From Pirellulales bacterium (GTDB lineage Bacteria; Planctomycetota; Planctomycetia; Pirellulales; JAEUIK01), in NCBI GenBank assembly GCA_019636335.1, contig JAHBXR010000001.1, positions 298,712 through 362,711 of the forward strand: a stretch of 64,000 bases of DNA. The letters are read 5' to 3'. The notes under the pieces are model-generated. The model worked only from the letters and a program-made list of their open reading frames with translations. It had not been told where the DNA came from and did not search any database. The position numbers and the translations under genes were made by a program. This document shows, one piece after another, positions 1 to 9,654 of the stretch. Position 1 is the first letter of the stretch. The number at the start of each line of letters is the position of its first letter.

Positions 1-1326
1 TGATCGCGCTGCGGTAGACCTCGGCCTCGTAGGCGCCAAAGGCGAGGCCGAAGCCCAGGATCGCCGTCCAGACGGCCTCGAGCTCGAGGCCGAACGTCGG
101 CAGACCGAAGTAGAGCGAGAACAACAAGAGCAAGAGGGGCACGCCGCGGAAGAATTCGACGTAGGCGATGGCCAGCCATTGCAGCGGCCGAGGGCCGTAG
201 AGGTGCAGCACGCAGACGACCAATCCGATCGCCACGGCCACGAGCATCGAGGCGATCGAGAGATAGATCGTCGTGCCGGCGGCCTCGACCAAGAGTGGTG
301 TATAATGCCAAATGGTCCACGACTCGGCCGATCGGGCCACGATGTTGATGTCGACGGCGTCGGCCGGCGGCGAAGGAGGTGGTTGGACGGGACTGCCATT
401 GGCGTCGAAGCCGAGCGCGGCCAGCTCGTCGCTGCGCGCGGGGGCCAGGGCGAGCGCCGCCTGGCTGGGGTTCCAGATGTGCCAGCGGCGGAGGATTTTT
501 AATAGTTCGCCCGAGGCGATTAGTTCATCGAGGGCATTGTCGAGCGCCGCGGCGAGATTTTCGTCGTCGGGTCGCAGGCCGATGCCGTACGTGCCCTGGC
601 CGATGTTCTCGCCGACGAATTTTAATTTCGGGTTTGTGCTGGCGTAGAAAATAGCGATGGGCCAGTCGAGCAGCACCGCGTCGACGCGGCCTAATTCAAG
701 ATCGACATACGGTTCAACCTGTCCCTCGAAGCCGACGATCCTGGCCACGCCGCGCTGTTCGAGCAGGCGCTCGGCCGCGGTCCCGGCGAGCGTGCCGACC
801 GATTTGTCGAGACAATCGTCGAGCGAGCGAATGTGGTCCTCATTCTCGCGCACGACGAGCTGCTGCGAATAGACGTAATAGGGGCGCGTAAAGCGCACCT
901 GCCGGCGGCGCTCCTCGGTCATCTCGTAGCCGCTGATGATGACGTCGAAGTCGCGGTTCACCAGGCCGGGATAGAGCGTGTCCCAACTGTATTGGACGAA
1001 CTCGGCACGGATCTCGAAGCCGCACTGCCGCGACATGATGGTGGCCAGCGAATTGGCCAAATCGACCTCGAAGCCGATCACGCGGCGCGGATTGTCGGGA
1101 TCGAGCAATTGGTAGGGGGCGCCCCCTTCGACATCGCCCCCCCAGCGCAGCACCCCCTCGGGCAACCGCGCGCGGAGACGTTCAAGATCGACTTTTCGCC
1201 CGGGCGCAGGGGGCTCGGCGGCCATCGCAGCGTGCGAAGAGTACAGAAGCACGAGTGCCAGCAGGCAGCCGCAAGGGACCAAGGCAACGCGGACGACAAC
1301 TTGGGGCAATTCGGTTGACCTTTCGG
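1..1326 (-). CDS. amino-acid ABC transporter, fused periplasmic substrate-binding domain + permease (partial; C-terminus lies beyond window start)
   Basis: Reverse-strand translation gives SBP-type motifs (…GQVEPYVDLELGRVDAVLLDWPIAIFYASTNPKLKFVGENI…) followed by a hydrophobic permease domain running off the window edge. The first in-frame ATG (~1225) gives no signal peptide. An in-frame GTG/TTG ~80-100 nt upstream adds a signal-peptide-like N-terminus (…VVVRVALVPCGCLLALVLLYSSHAA/MA). Confidence 0.8.
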
Positions 1327-1571
1327 ACACGAGGAGCGGACTCGATCGACGTGGCGCGAGGATCACGCGGCCAGGGCAAAGCTTACCGCGAGGCCGCACA
1401 GGCTGACAGTCTGTGCCACTTATGACGCATCGCGTGCGTGCTCGACGTCAGAAAATCGGGTTGTGAACTGCCTGCGCGCTTGTATCGCCCGCGTGGGCTG
1501 GTTATCACTTGGACTCTCGCCGGGGCGGCTCGTCCGCCATCCCCGTTTGCTGCGCACCGCTGGATCCCGAC

Positions 1572-2924
1572 ATGGAACAGAAGCCGTATCGTTGGTACCG
1601 GGAGCTGACACGCTATCACTGGTTCGTGCTGATCGTGGCCGCCTTGGGGTGGCTCTTCGACACGATGGACCAGCAGCTTTTCAATCTGGCCCGAGTTCCC
1701 GCGATGCGCGAGTTGCTGGCCCCCGAGCCGGGCGTTGCGCCGCCGAAGGAGCTTGTGGCGCAGCATGGCGGGTATGCGACGTCGATCTTTCTGATCGGTT
1801 GGGCCTCGGGGGGCATCATCTTTGGCATCCTCGGCGACCGCATCGGTCGCGCGAAGACCATGATGTGGACCATCCTGATCTATTCGCTATGCACGGGCCT
1901 GAGCGCGCTGGCGTGGGACACGTGGAGCTTTGGTTTCTTCCGCTTTCTGACCGGTCTCGGCGTCGGTGGCGAGTTTGCCGTCGGCGTAGCGCTGGTGGCC
2001 GAGGTGATGCCTGACCGTGCGCGCCCCCATGCCTTGGGATTGTTACAGGCCCTGTCGGCAGTCGGCAACGTGTCGGCGGCGTTGATCACGATGGCACTGG
2101 GCCGTTTGGCCGAGATGGGCGCGATCGGTAGCGCCTGGCGCATCATGTTCGTGATCGGTACGGTGCCGGCGCTGTTGGCGATAGTCATCCGCCGCCGGCT
2201 GAAAGAGCCGGAGCGTTGGACCGCGATGGCGAGTGACGCGGCCACGCGCAAGCACCTCGGGTCGTTTGCCGAATTATTTAGCGATCCACGGTGGCGCAAG
2301 AATGCACTCGTGGGGTTGGTGCTGGCCTTCTCAGGCGTCGTGGGCTTGTGGGGCATCGGCTTCTTCAGCTTCGATCTGCTGCAGTCCGTGTTTCGCAAGC
2401 GCTTCGAGGCCGAGGGGCTGACGGGCGCCGCCATCGAGGGAAAACTTTCGTTCTGGATTGGCATCACGTCGGTGATGCAGAACATCGGCGGCTTCCTGGG
2501 GATCTACGCCTTTAGTGTCATTACGCATCGCATCGGGCGACGTCCCACGTTTGCCTTGTCGTACCTGGCGGCGATGGCGAGCACGGCCTTCGTCTTCTGG
2601 AATCTCGACCAGTTCAGCGAGGTATTCTGGATGATCCCGCTGATGGGCTTCTGCCAGTTGTCGTTATTCGGGGGCTTTGCCATCTACTTTCCCGAGTTGT
2701 TTCCCACACGGCTGCGCAGCACGGGCACGTCGTTCTGTTACAACGTGGGGCGATTCGTGGCGGCGATCGGGCCTTCGGCGCTCGGGCTGCTGACGGGGCG
2801 CGTGTTTGCCGGCGACCCCGAGCCCATGCGTGCCGCCGGCGTCACGATGTGTGCCGTCTTCCTGTTGGGATTGTTGGCGCTCCCCTTTGCGCCGGAAACG
2901 CGTGGCCAGCCGCTGCCCGAGTGA
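1572..2924 (+). CDS. MFS transporter (paralog 1)
   Basis: 12-TM-like hydrophobic profile. MFS loop motif GDRIGRAKTMMW. C-terminus ETRGQPLPE is shared with the second MFS at 4930-6519. Start taken at ATG 1572 (MEQKPYRWY). Confidence 0.85.
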   Translation: MEQKPYRWYRELTRYHWFVLIVAALGWLFDTMDQQLFNLARVPAMRELLAPEPGVAPPKELVAQHGGYATSIFLIGWASGGIIFGILGDRIGRAKTMMWTILIYSLCTGLSALAWDTWSFGFFRFLTGLGVGGEFAVGVALVAEVMPDRARPHALGLLQALSAVGNVSAALITMALGRLAEMGAIGSAWRIMFVIGTVPALLAIVIRRRLKEPERWTAMASDAATRKHLGSFAELFSDPRWRKNALVGLVLAFSGVVGLWGIGFFSFDLLQSVFRKRFEAEGLTGAAIEGKLSFWIGITSVMQNIGGFLGIYAFSVITHRIGRRPTFALSYLAAMASTAFVFWNLDQFSEVFWMIPLMGFCQLSLFGGFAIYFPELFPTRLRSTGTSFCYNVGRFVAAIGPSALGLLTGRVFAGDPEPMRAAGVTMCAVFLLGLLALPFAPETRGQPLPE

Positions 2925-2958
2925 TTGCCCGTCCTACCTCCCTCGAGGCGCCTCTCCG

Positions 2959-3267
2959 ATGACCGCACGCTTTCACGATCCGTTGCTCGCCAGTGCCCGG
3001 CGCGAGGCGATCATCACGGGCGTGATCTACGTCATCACGATGTGCTATTCGGTCGGCTATTGCCTCGCGTTCGGCTATGACCGCTCGATCGACGATCTGA
3101 CCTTCGTGCTTGGCTTTCCGGACTGGGTCTTCTGGGGTATTGTCGTGCCCTGGATCGCGGCGTTCGTCGTGTCGAGCGTCTTCGCCATGTGCTACATGAC
3201 CGACGAGCCGTTCGGCGAGGATGTCGGCGACGAGTGGGCCGACGAGTTCGGCGAGGGGCAGCCGTGA
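2959..3267 (+). CDS. DUF997 / YhdT-like small membrane protein
   Basis: ~100 aa with two TM segments and an acidic tail. Pattern FPDWVFWGIVVPWIAAFVVSSVFAMCYMTDEP parallels E. coli YhdT (FPRWFEMACILTPLLFIGLCWAMVKFIYRDIP). Its stop overlaps the GTG start of the downstream symporter (GTGA). Confidence 0.7.
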   Translation: MTARFHDPLLASARREAIITGVIYVITMCYSVGYCLAFGYDRSIDDLTFVLGFPDWVFWGIVVPWIAAFVVSSVFAMCYMTDEPFGEDVGDEWADEFGEGQP

Positions 3268-4919
3268 ACAACGCTCCCTACGAACCTGGGCTCGGTACCG
3301 CCGCGGCGCTCTTGGCCGTGATCGTGGCCTCGGTCTGGCTGGGGGCGGCCGCGCAGCGGGCCGTGCGGAAGGGATCGTTCGTCCGCGGATACTTTCTCGG
3401 CAACCGCGGGCTGGGGGCCTGGGCCATGGCACTCACGGCCACCGTGCAAAGCGGCGGCACGTTCATGGGCTTTCCGTCGCTCGTCTACACGCACGGCTGG
3501 ATCGTGGCGCTCTGGATTGCCGCCTATATGGTCGTGCCGATCTCGGGCTTCGCCGTGCTCGGCAAACGCATGGCGCAGCTCTCGCGCCGCACGGGCGCGG
3601 TGACCGTGCCCGACCTGTTTCGCGAGCGCTTCGGCAGCGCGGGCGTGGGATTGGTCGCCTCGCTGCTGATCATGTTCTTTCTCACGTTCATGATGATTGC
3701 CCAGTTCAAGGCCGGCGCGATCGTGATGAAGCTCTCTCTGCCCGGCACGGGGGCGCTGTCGCTGGCCGAGGATACTCCCGGCGGCGTCGACCGCGCGTAT
3801 TACTTCGGCCTGGGCGTGTTCGCCTTGACGGTGGTCGGCTACACGATGATGGGAGGCTTCCTGGCCTCGGTGTGGACCGATTTATTCCAAAGCATCCTGA
3901 TGTTCGTGGGGGTCGTGCTGCTCCTCATGCTCGCGCTGCCGCTGGTGGGAGGACTCGAGCAGGCCACGCGCAGCGCGGTGGAGGCGACCGGGCCTGGCTT
4001 TGCTTTTGGGCCAGGCTTCTCGAGCGACGAGCGGCAGTTTCTCCCCTTGGGGCTGGCCTTCTCGTTCTTTTTCCTGTGGGTCTTCGCCGGGGTCGGCTCC
4101 CCCTCGAGCCTGGTGCGCGTCATGGCGTGCAGCAACAGCCAGACGCTGCGCCGTTCGATCGTGCTCCTGGGCGCGTACAACATCGTCATCTACCTGGGGT
4201 TGATGTGCGTGTGCGTCTCGGGGCGGGCGTTGATGCCGAACATCGCCGCCTCGGACGAGATCATTCCCCGGTTGGCGCTGGCCACCACGCGCGATTGGTT
4301 CGGTGGCTCGTTCATCGCCGGCCTGATCCTGGCCGCGCCCTTTGGCGCGGTGATGGCCACGGTGAGCTCGTATCTGGTGGTGATCGCCTCGGGGCTCGTG
4401 CGCGACGTCTATCAACGGTTTATCGATCGTGCGGCGAACGAAGGAGAGATCAAGCGGCTGACCTACCTGGCGATGGTGGTCGTCGGTGGCATTGCCGTGC
4501 TGGCGAACATCCAGCCCGTGCAATACCTGCAGGCGATCGTCGTGTTCAGTGGCACCGGGCAAGCCGCCACGTTTGCCGTGCCGGCCTTGATGATCGCCTT
4601 CTGGCGCCGGGCGACGCTGGCCGGCGTACTGTCGGCGATGCTCTCCGGAGCGGGCACGGTGCTGGTTTTGTTCGTGCTGGGCATCGGCGGACCGAAGTTG
4701 GCCGGACTGTGGCCCGAGCTCGAGGTGCTGGCCGCCGATCCGATGATCGGACCGCAGACCTCGTTTCGTCCCTATTATCTGGCGGGGGTCGATCCGGTGG
4801 TCTGGGGTTTGCTCGTGTCGCTCGTCGCGGGGGTGGTGGTGAGTCTGCTCACGCGTCCGCCGGCCGAGGAAATACTAGAGCGTGTCTTCGACGGCGCGCC
4901 TCCCGCCACCGTGGAATAA
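3264..4919 (+). CDS. panF: sodium:solute symporter family, PanF-like (Na+/pantothenate symporter-like)
   Basis: N-terminal region YFLGNRGLGAWAMALTATVQSGGTFMGFPSLVY closely parallels E. coli PanF YFLGSRSMGGIVLAMTLTATYISASSFIGGPGAAY. It is an SSS-type polytopic protein. The yhdT-panF gene order is conserved. Confidence 0.75.
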   Translation: MNNAPYEPGLGTAAALLAVIVASVWLGAAAQRAVRKGSFVRGYFLGNRGLGAWAMALTATVQSGGTFMGFPSLVYTHGWIVALWIAAYMVVPISGFAVLGKRMAQLSRRTGAVTVPDLFRERFGSAGVGLVASLLIMFFLTFMMIAQFKAGAIVMKLSLPGTGALSLAEDTPGGVDRAYYFGLGVFALTVVGYTMMGGFLASVWTDLFQSILMFVGVVLLLMLALPLVGGLEQATRSAVEATGPGFAFGPGFSSDERQFLPLGLAFSFFFLWVFAGVGSPSSLVRVMACSNSQTLRRSIVLLGAYNIVIYLGLMCVCVSGRALMPNIAASDEIIPRLALATTRDWFGGSFIAGLILAAPFGAVMATVSSYLVVIASGLVRDVYQRFIDRAANEGEIKRLTYLAMVVVGGIAVLANIQPVQYLQAIVVFSGTGQAATFAVPALMIAFWRRATLAGVLSAMLSGAGTVLVLFVLGIGGPKLAGLWPELEVLAADPMIGPQTSFRPYYLAGVDPVVWGLLVSLVAGVVVSLLTRPPAEEILERVFDGAPPATVE

Positions 4920-4929
4920 GGTTCATCGC

Positions 4930-6519
4930 ATGTCGCATTCCACCTCGCGCGAGCAGGTCGCTCGCGATGCCCTGGCAGCAGCGATCACCCCCGTGGCACA
5001 GGATGCTCGGATCGGCGTCGGGCATTACCTGGTGCTCGCCGCGGCGCTGTTGGGTTGGATGTTCGACGGGCTCGAAATGGGACTCTTCCCGCTCGTCGCC
5101 CGGCCGGCGCTCATCGATCTGCTGGGGGCCGTGGACGATGGCGTCATTGCCCGTTGGAACTCGGCCATCTCGGCAGGTTTCCTTGTCGGCGCGGCCACGG
5201 GAGGCGTCCTCTTCGGCTGGCTGGGGGACCGCCTGGGGCGCGTGCGGGCCATGATGTTGAGTGTCTTCACGTACGCCATTTTCACCGGCATCTGCGGCAT
5301 CGCCGGCAGTGCCGAGCAGATCGCGGCGTTTCGCTTTATCTCGGCGTTGGGGATGGGGGGCGAGTGGTCGCTGGGGGTCGCGCTCGTGATGGAGGTCTGG
5401 CCCAATCGCTCGCGCTCGTTTCTGGCCGGCTTGATCGGCGCGGCGTCGAACGTCGGTTTCTTGCTGATCGCCACCGTGGGGTTGGGCCTGACGGCGGTGC
5501 TGGGCATGCTCTCCGACCTGCTGGGCGCGATGTTCTCGGCCGAGACCGTCGATTGGCTCGTGCGCAACTCGGGCTGGCGGATCATGCTCATGATGGGGGC
5601 CGTGCCGGCGCTGCTGACGCTGTTCATTCGCATCTTCGTGCCGGAATCGGAGCGCTGGCAGCAGGAGCACGAGCGTGGCTCGACGAGTCACTGGGCGGCG
5701 GCCGATCTCGTGGCGGTGCTCATCGGGGCGATCGGCCCTTGCGCGATGATCTACGTCTGGACCGTGGACGAGACCAGCCTCTTCGGCGGCACGCTGGCCC
5801 ATAGCCTGGCGTTGCGAGCGGCCGTCTCGCTCGTGGGACTGGTGATTGCCATCGTGGGTTACGCCTATCCCGTCACGCGTTATCTGCAGCGTGCCGGTAG
5901 TGCCGCGGGGTCATCGGCCGCAAGCGAAGTACGCGGCACGATCACGCACATGTTCATGGGGGCGGGAGTCGGCGGCATTGCCCTGGTGGGCACGTGGGGC
6001 GCCACGCAATGGATCACGCTCTGGGCCGATCAACTGACGGGGGGAACGAACCCCACGGCCAAGGCCTATTCGGGCATCGCCTCGGCCAGCGGTGCGATTA
6101 TCGGGACGATGCTCGCTGCCTGGCTCGGCGATAAGCTCGGGCGGCGGGTGTCCTACTCGCTCCTCTGCCTGGCGTCGCTCGGCTCGGCCATGTTGCTCTT
6201 TTTGGGAGAGCACGAATATGGGCCGACGTTCCTCGCACTGGTGTTCCTGGTGGGACTCTGCACGGCGTCATTTTACGGCTGGCTGCCGTTCTACCTGCCC
6301 GAGCTGTTTCGCACGGCGGTGCGGGCGACGGGGCAGGGGTTCAGCTTCAACTTTGGCCGCATCCTGGCGGCGGCCGGCGTGCTGGCCATGGGGCAGCTCG
6401 TGCAGTGGTTCGACGAGGACTATGCCCGCGCCGGTGCGACCATCTCGCTCATCTATCTCGTAGGTCTGGTGTTGATCTGGTTCTGCCCCGAGACGAAGGG
6501 CAAACCGCTGCCCGAGTAG
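4930..6519 (+). CDS. MFS transporter (paralog 2)
   Basis: Motif GDRLGRVRAMML and C-terminus ETKGKPLPE make it a clear paralog of the 1572-2924 protein. It is polytopic. Confidence 0.85.
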   Translation: MSHSTSREQVARDALAAAITPVAQDARIGVGHYLVLAAALLGWMFDGLEMGLFPLVARPALIDLLGAVDDGVIARWNSAISAGFLVGAATGGVLFGWLGDRLGRVRAMMLSVFTYAIFTGICGIAGSAEQIAAFRFISALGMGGEWSLGVALVMEVWPNRSRSFLAGLIGAASNVGFLLIATVGLGLTAVLGMLSDLLGAMFSAETVDWLVRNSGWRIMLMMGAVPALLTLFIRIFVPESERWQQEHERGSTSHWAAADLVAVLIGAIGPCAMIYVWTVDETSLFGGTLAHSLALRAAVSLVGLVIAIVGYAYPVTRYLQRAGSAAGSSAASEVRGTITHMFMGAGVGGIALVGTWGATQWITLWADQLTGGTNPTAKAYSGIASASGAIIGTMLAAWLGDKLGRRVSYSLLCLASLGSAMLLFLGEHEYGPTFLALVFLVGLCTASFYGWLPFYLPELFRTAVRATGQGFSFNFGRILAAAGVLAMGQLVQWFDEDYARAGATISLIYLVGLVLIWFCPETKGKPLPE

Positions 6520-6700
6520 AGTACCTTCCGTTTCCAGAGCTCGCGCGGAGTGGTTACATAGCAGTTGTGCTTGGGGTGGAGGTGAGATGGTGGGATCTCA
6601 CTTGTCCTCTTGTCGCTGCGCGACACCGGCCATCTTGCGACTTCGGGGTTGTTTCAGTTGTTGTGTCTTGTCTCGAGCAGTTGCTCGATCGGCACGCTCG

Positions 6701-8311
6701 TCAGTCTTTCTTCAGCGGCGCGTCGGTTGGGGAGAAGCCCTGGGTGGCGTATTCCTTCCACAGCGCCTGGCCCATCACGCTGTGCCAGCGGCTGTAGAGA
6801 AAATAGATGACGAGGCCGATCACCAGCCAGACGGCCAGCCGGATCCAGGTATCCAAGGGGAGGAAGAGCATCATGATCAGGTTGACGACGATGCCCATCG
6901 GCGCGACGACGTAAAGCGCCGGACAGCGGAACGGCCGTGGCACGTCGGGGCGCGTGCGGCGGAGGATCAACACCGAGGCACAGACAGCCACGAAGGCCAG
7001 CAGGGTGCCGATGTTTACCATTTCTCCCAGCATCACGATGTTCGTAAAGGCGGCGGTCACGGAGATGCACGCGCCGGTGAGCATCGTCGCCAGGTGGGGC
7101 GTGGCGAAGCGCGGATGGATCTGGCCGAAGACCTGCGGGAGCAGCCCGTCGCGCGACATGGCCATGAAGACGCGTGCCTGGCTGAGGAAGGTCACCAGCA
7201 TGACGCTCGACATGCCGGCCAGCGCTCCCAAGGCGATGAAGAAAGTGGCTCCGCGCAGGAGGACGCTTTGGTTCTCGCGCGCCACACGGCCAAAGGCGTC
7301 GGCAATCGGCGCGTGCAGATCTATTTTGGGATAAGGGACCATGCCCGTGATGACGGCCGCCACCGCCACGTAGAGGATGGTGCAGCCGATGAGAGAAACA
7401 ATAATCGCGATCGGCACGTCGCGCTGCGGATTGCGGGCTTCTTCCGCATGCGTGGAAACGGAGTCGAAGCCGATGAACGCGAAGAAGACGATGGCCGCGC
7501 CGACCATGATCCCCGAGAAGCCGTAGGGGGCGAAGGGGGAGCGGACCGAGTCGTCGAGCGGCTGCAGCAAACGGTCGACACCGACCAGCCCCAGGATACC
7601 CCACTTCGAACCTTCTTGCTCTGAAACCACGCGTTCCGTGACCGGGATACCGGTCCAGTTCGAACTCTGCACGTACCAGACACCCAGGGCAATGACGAAG
7701 AGCACCACGGCCAGCTTGACGACGACCATCACGGCGTTCGTCGTGGCGCTCTCGCGGATGCCCACGACCAGCACGGTGGTGACGATGAGCACGATGATCG
7801 CCGCGGGCAGATTCAGCAGGCCGTACGTCTCGGTGCCAGGTATTTTGGTGAGCGGATCGGTACATAACTGTGCCGGTAGCCTGGGCAGCCCGGCAGCGGC
7901 CAGCAATTCGTTGAGATATCCCGTCCAGGCCGAAGCGACCACGGCACAGCTCATGGCGTACTCGAGGATCAGATCCCAACCGATGATCCAGGCGAAGAGC
8001 TCGCCGAGCGTGGCGTAGGCGTAGGTGTAGGCGCTGCCGGCCACGGGGGCCATGGCGGCAAACTCGGCGTAGCACAGCGCGGCAAAGGCGCAACCAAGCG
8101 CCGCGACCATGTAGGAGATGATGATGGCGGGACCGGCGTCGAGTGCGGCAGCACGCCCGGTGACGACGAAGATGCCCGCTCCGATGATGGCCCCCACGCC
8201 GAGCGAAGTGAGCGAGATCGGTCCCAGGACGCGCTTCAAGCGGTGTTCGCCCGCCATCTCGGCGGCCAGCACCTCGAAACTCTTGCGCACGGCAATCTGC
8301 TTACGCCACAT
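6701..8311 (-). CDS. APC-family amino acid permease (cationic amino acid/polyamine type)
   Basis: GPISLTSLGVGAIIGAGIFVVTG…SYMVAALGCAFAALCYAEFAAMAPVAGSAYTYAYATLGE is a classic APC signature. Start set at MWRKQ. Confidence 0.85.
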   Translation of the reverse strand: MWRKQIAVRKSFEVLAAEMAGEHRLKRVLGPISLTSLGVGAIIGAGIFVVTGRAAALDAGPAIIISYMVAALGCAFAALCYAEFAAMAPVAGSAYTYAYATLGELFAWIIGWDLILEYAMSCAVVASAWTGYLNELLAAAGLPRLPAQLCTDPLTKIPGTETYGLLNLPAAIIVLIVTTVLVVGIRESATTNAVMVVVKLAVVLFVIALGVWYVQSSNWTGIPVTERVVSEQEGSKWGILGLVGVDRLLQPLDDSVRSPFAPYGFSGIMVGAAIVFFAFIGFDSVSTHAEEARNPQRDVPIAIIVSLIGCTILYVAVAAVITGMVPYPKIDLHAPIADAFGRVARENQSVLLRGATFFIALGALAGMSSVMLVTFLSQARVFMAMSRDGLLPQVFGQIHPRFATPHLATMLTGACISVTAAFTNIVMLGEMVNIGTLLAFVAVCASVLILRRTRPDVPRPFRCPALYVVAPMGIVVNLIMMLFLPLDTWIRLAVWLVIGLVIYFLYSRWHSVMGQALWKEYATQGFSPTDAPLKKD

Positions 8312-8530
8312 GCGGCAACTCTCCTCAAAACTCGTTCCAAAATCGACCACGCGCGGCCGGGAATCGCGGCATTCTAGTCCACGGATCGTCGCAGACCAAA
8401 CAGTGCGTCGCTCGCTGCCGAATACGACGTTTGGCGAGCGTGCCACGATCCGCCTGCCACTGGTGCGCTGGAAGACGTGGAGATACAGTGGAATCGTCCT
8501 TGCCCGCCTCGTTCACTCAATGGCCCTTCC

Positions 8531-9625
8531 ATGCGCGACCTGATCCGCCAGCTACTGACGACCGTGGAAGCGGGGGACGAAGTCGCCTATTGCCGCCTCG
8601 TCGAGACACGGGGCTCCACGCCGCAGAAGGCCGGGGCCGCCATGCTCGTCTTTCCCGATGGTTCGCAGGCCGGCACCCTGGGGGGAGGCTGTGTCGAGGC
8701 CGAGGTCAAGCGTCGGGCATTGAAGATCCTGGACGAGGGGCCCGCCGAGGTGCTCTCCTTCCAACTCGACGACGACTACGGCTGGGACGACGGCCTGATC
8801 TGTGGCGGGCGCATGCGGATCTTGGTCGAGCCGATCCGAGTGGCGGCCGACCTGGGGGACTATTTCGCGACGCTCGATCAACTGCTGCAGCGGACCGAGG
8901 GCCTCACCGAATGCATCGTCTTCGACCGGGAAAAGAGTGGTTTGCCCGTGCCGGCCGCCTATCTGTTCAATGCGTCGGGCCGACTGGCCGCCCATCGCCA
9001 TGCCGCGCAGGCAGACCACACGGCGCTCGTGCGGCTGCGCGAGCAATTGGGCGAGGTCGCCGATCGTCCGCAGCCGAGCGCCGTGCAGGGCATTGCCTAT
9101 CTACCGACGTTGTCGCGCTGCCGGTTGTTGATCGTCGGCGGGGGGCACATTGGCCACGCCGTGGGGCAATTAGCGGTGGATTTGGATTTCGACGTTTGGG
9201 TGCTCGACGATCGCGAGGAGTATATCACGGCCGAGCGTTTTCCGCGGGCCGTGCGCCGTATTGCAGGGCCCATTGGCCGCGTGCTGCGCGACATCGACAT
9301 CACGAGCGATACTTATGCCTTGATCGTGACGCGCGGCCACAATCATGACGAAGAGGCCTTGTTTCACCTGGCCGAGCGCGGCGCGCGTTACGTCGGCATG
9401 ATCGGCAGCAAGCGAAAGATCAAGCTAATCTTCGACGACCTGCTCGCGGCCGGGGTCTCACCCGAGGCACTGGCCAAGGTCTTCGCCCCGGTCGGCATCG
9501 ATATCGGCTCGCAGACGGTGCCGGAGATCGCCGTGAGCATCCTGGCCGAGCTGATTGCCTACCGCAATCGGCAGGGAGAGGTGCCGGGGCGGCCCGCCCC
9601 GATCGCCGTGGGCGAAACACTGTGA
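8531..9625 (+). CDS. XdhC/CoxI-family molybdenum-hydroxylase accessory protein
   Basis: N-terminal XdhC_CoxI domain (YCRLVETRGSTPQKAGAAMLV) and C-terminal Rossmann XdhC_C (LLIVGGGHIGHAVG…LIVTRGHNHDEEAL…YVGMIGSKRK). Confidence 0.85.
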   Translation: MRDLIRQLLTTVEAGDEVAYCRLVETRGSTPQKAGAAMLVFPDGSQAGTLGGGCVEAEVKRRALKILDEGPAEVLSFQLDDDYGWDDGLICGGRMRILVEPIRVAADLGDYFATLDQLLQRTEGLTECIVFDREKSGLPVPAAYLFNASGRLAAHRHAAQADHTALVRLREQLGEVADRPQPSAVQGIAYLPTLSRCRLLIVGGGHIGHAVGQLAVDLDFDVWVLDDREEYITAERFPRAVRRIAGPIGRVLRDIDITSDTYALIVTRGHNHDEEALFHLAERGARYVGMIGSKRKIKLIFDDLLAAGVSPEALAKVFAPVGIDIGSQTVPEIAVSILAELIAYRNRQGEVPGRPAPIAVGETL

Positions 9626-9654
9626 ACGAGCGCTCCGCGGGATTTTCTACTCCC

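Noticed and set aside
3221-5254. 677-aa plus-strand ORF (Arg/Gly/Ala-rich) spanning the panF-like and MFS genes
   Set aside because: It is an alternative frame of real genes in high-GC DNA. Its low-complexity RG-rich translation has no membrane or enzyme features. The overlapping frames give clear SSS and MFS proteins.
6654-8093. 479-aa minus-strand ORF overlapping the APC permease
   Set aside because: It is an out-of-frame shadow ORF (His/Arg/Gly-rich). The 6701-8311 frame has an unambiguous APC signature.
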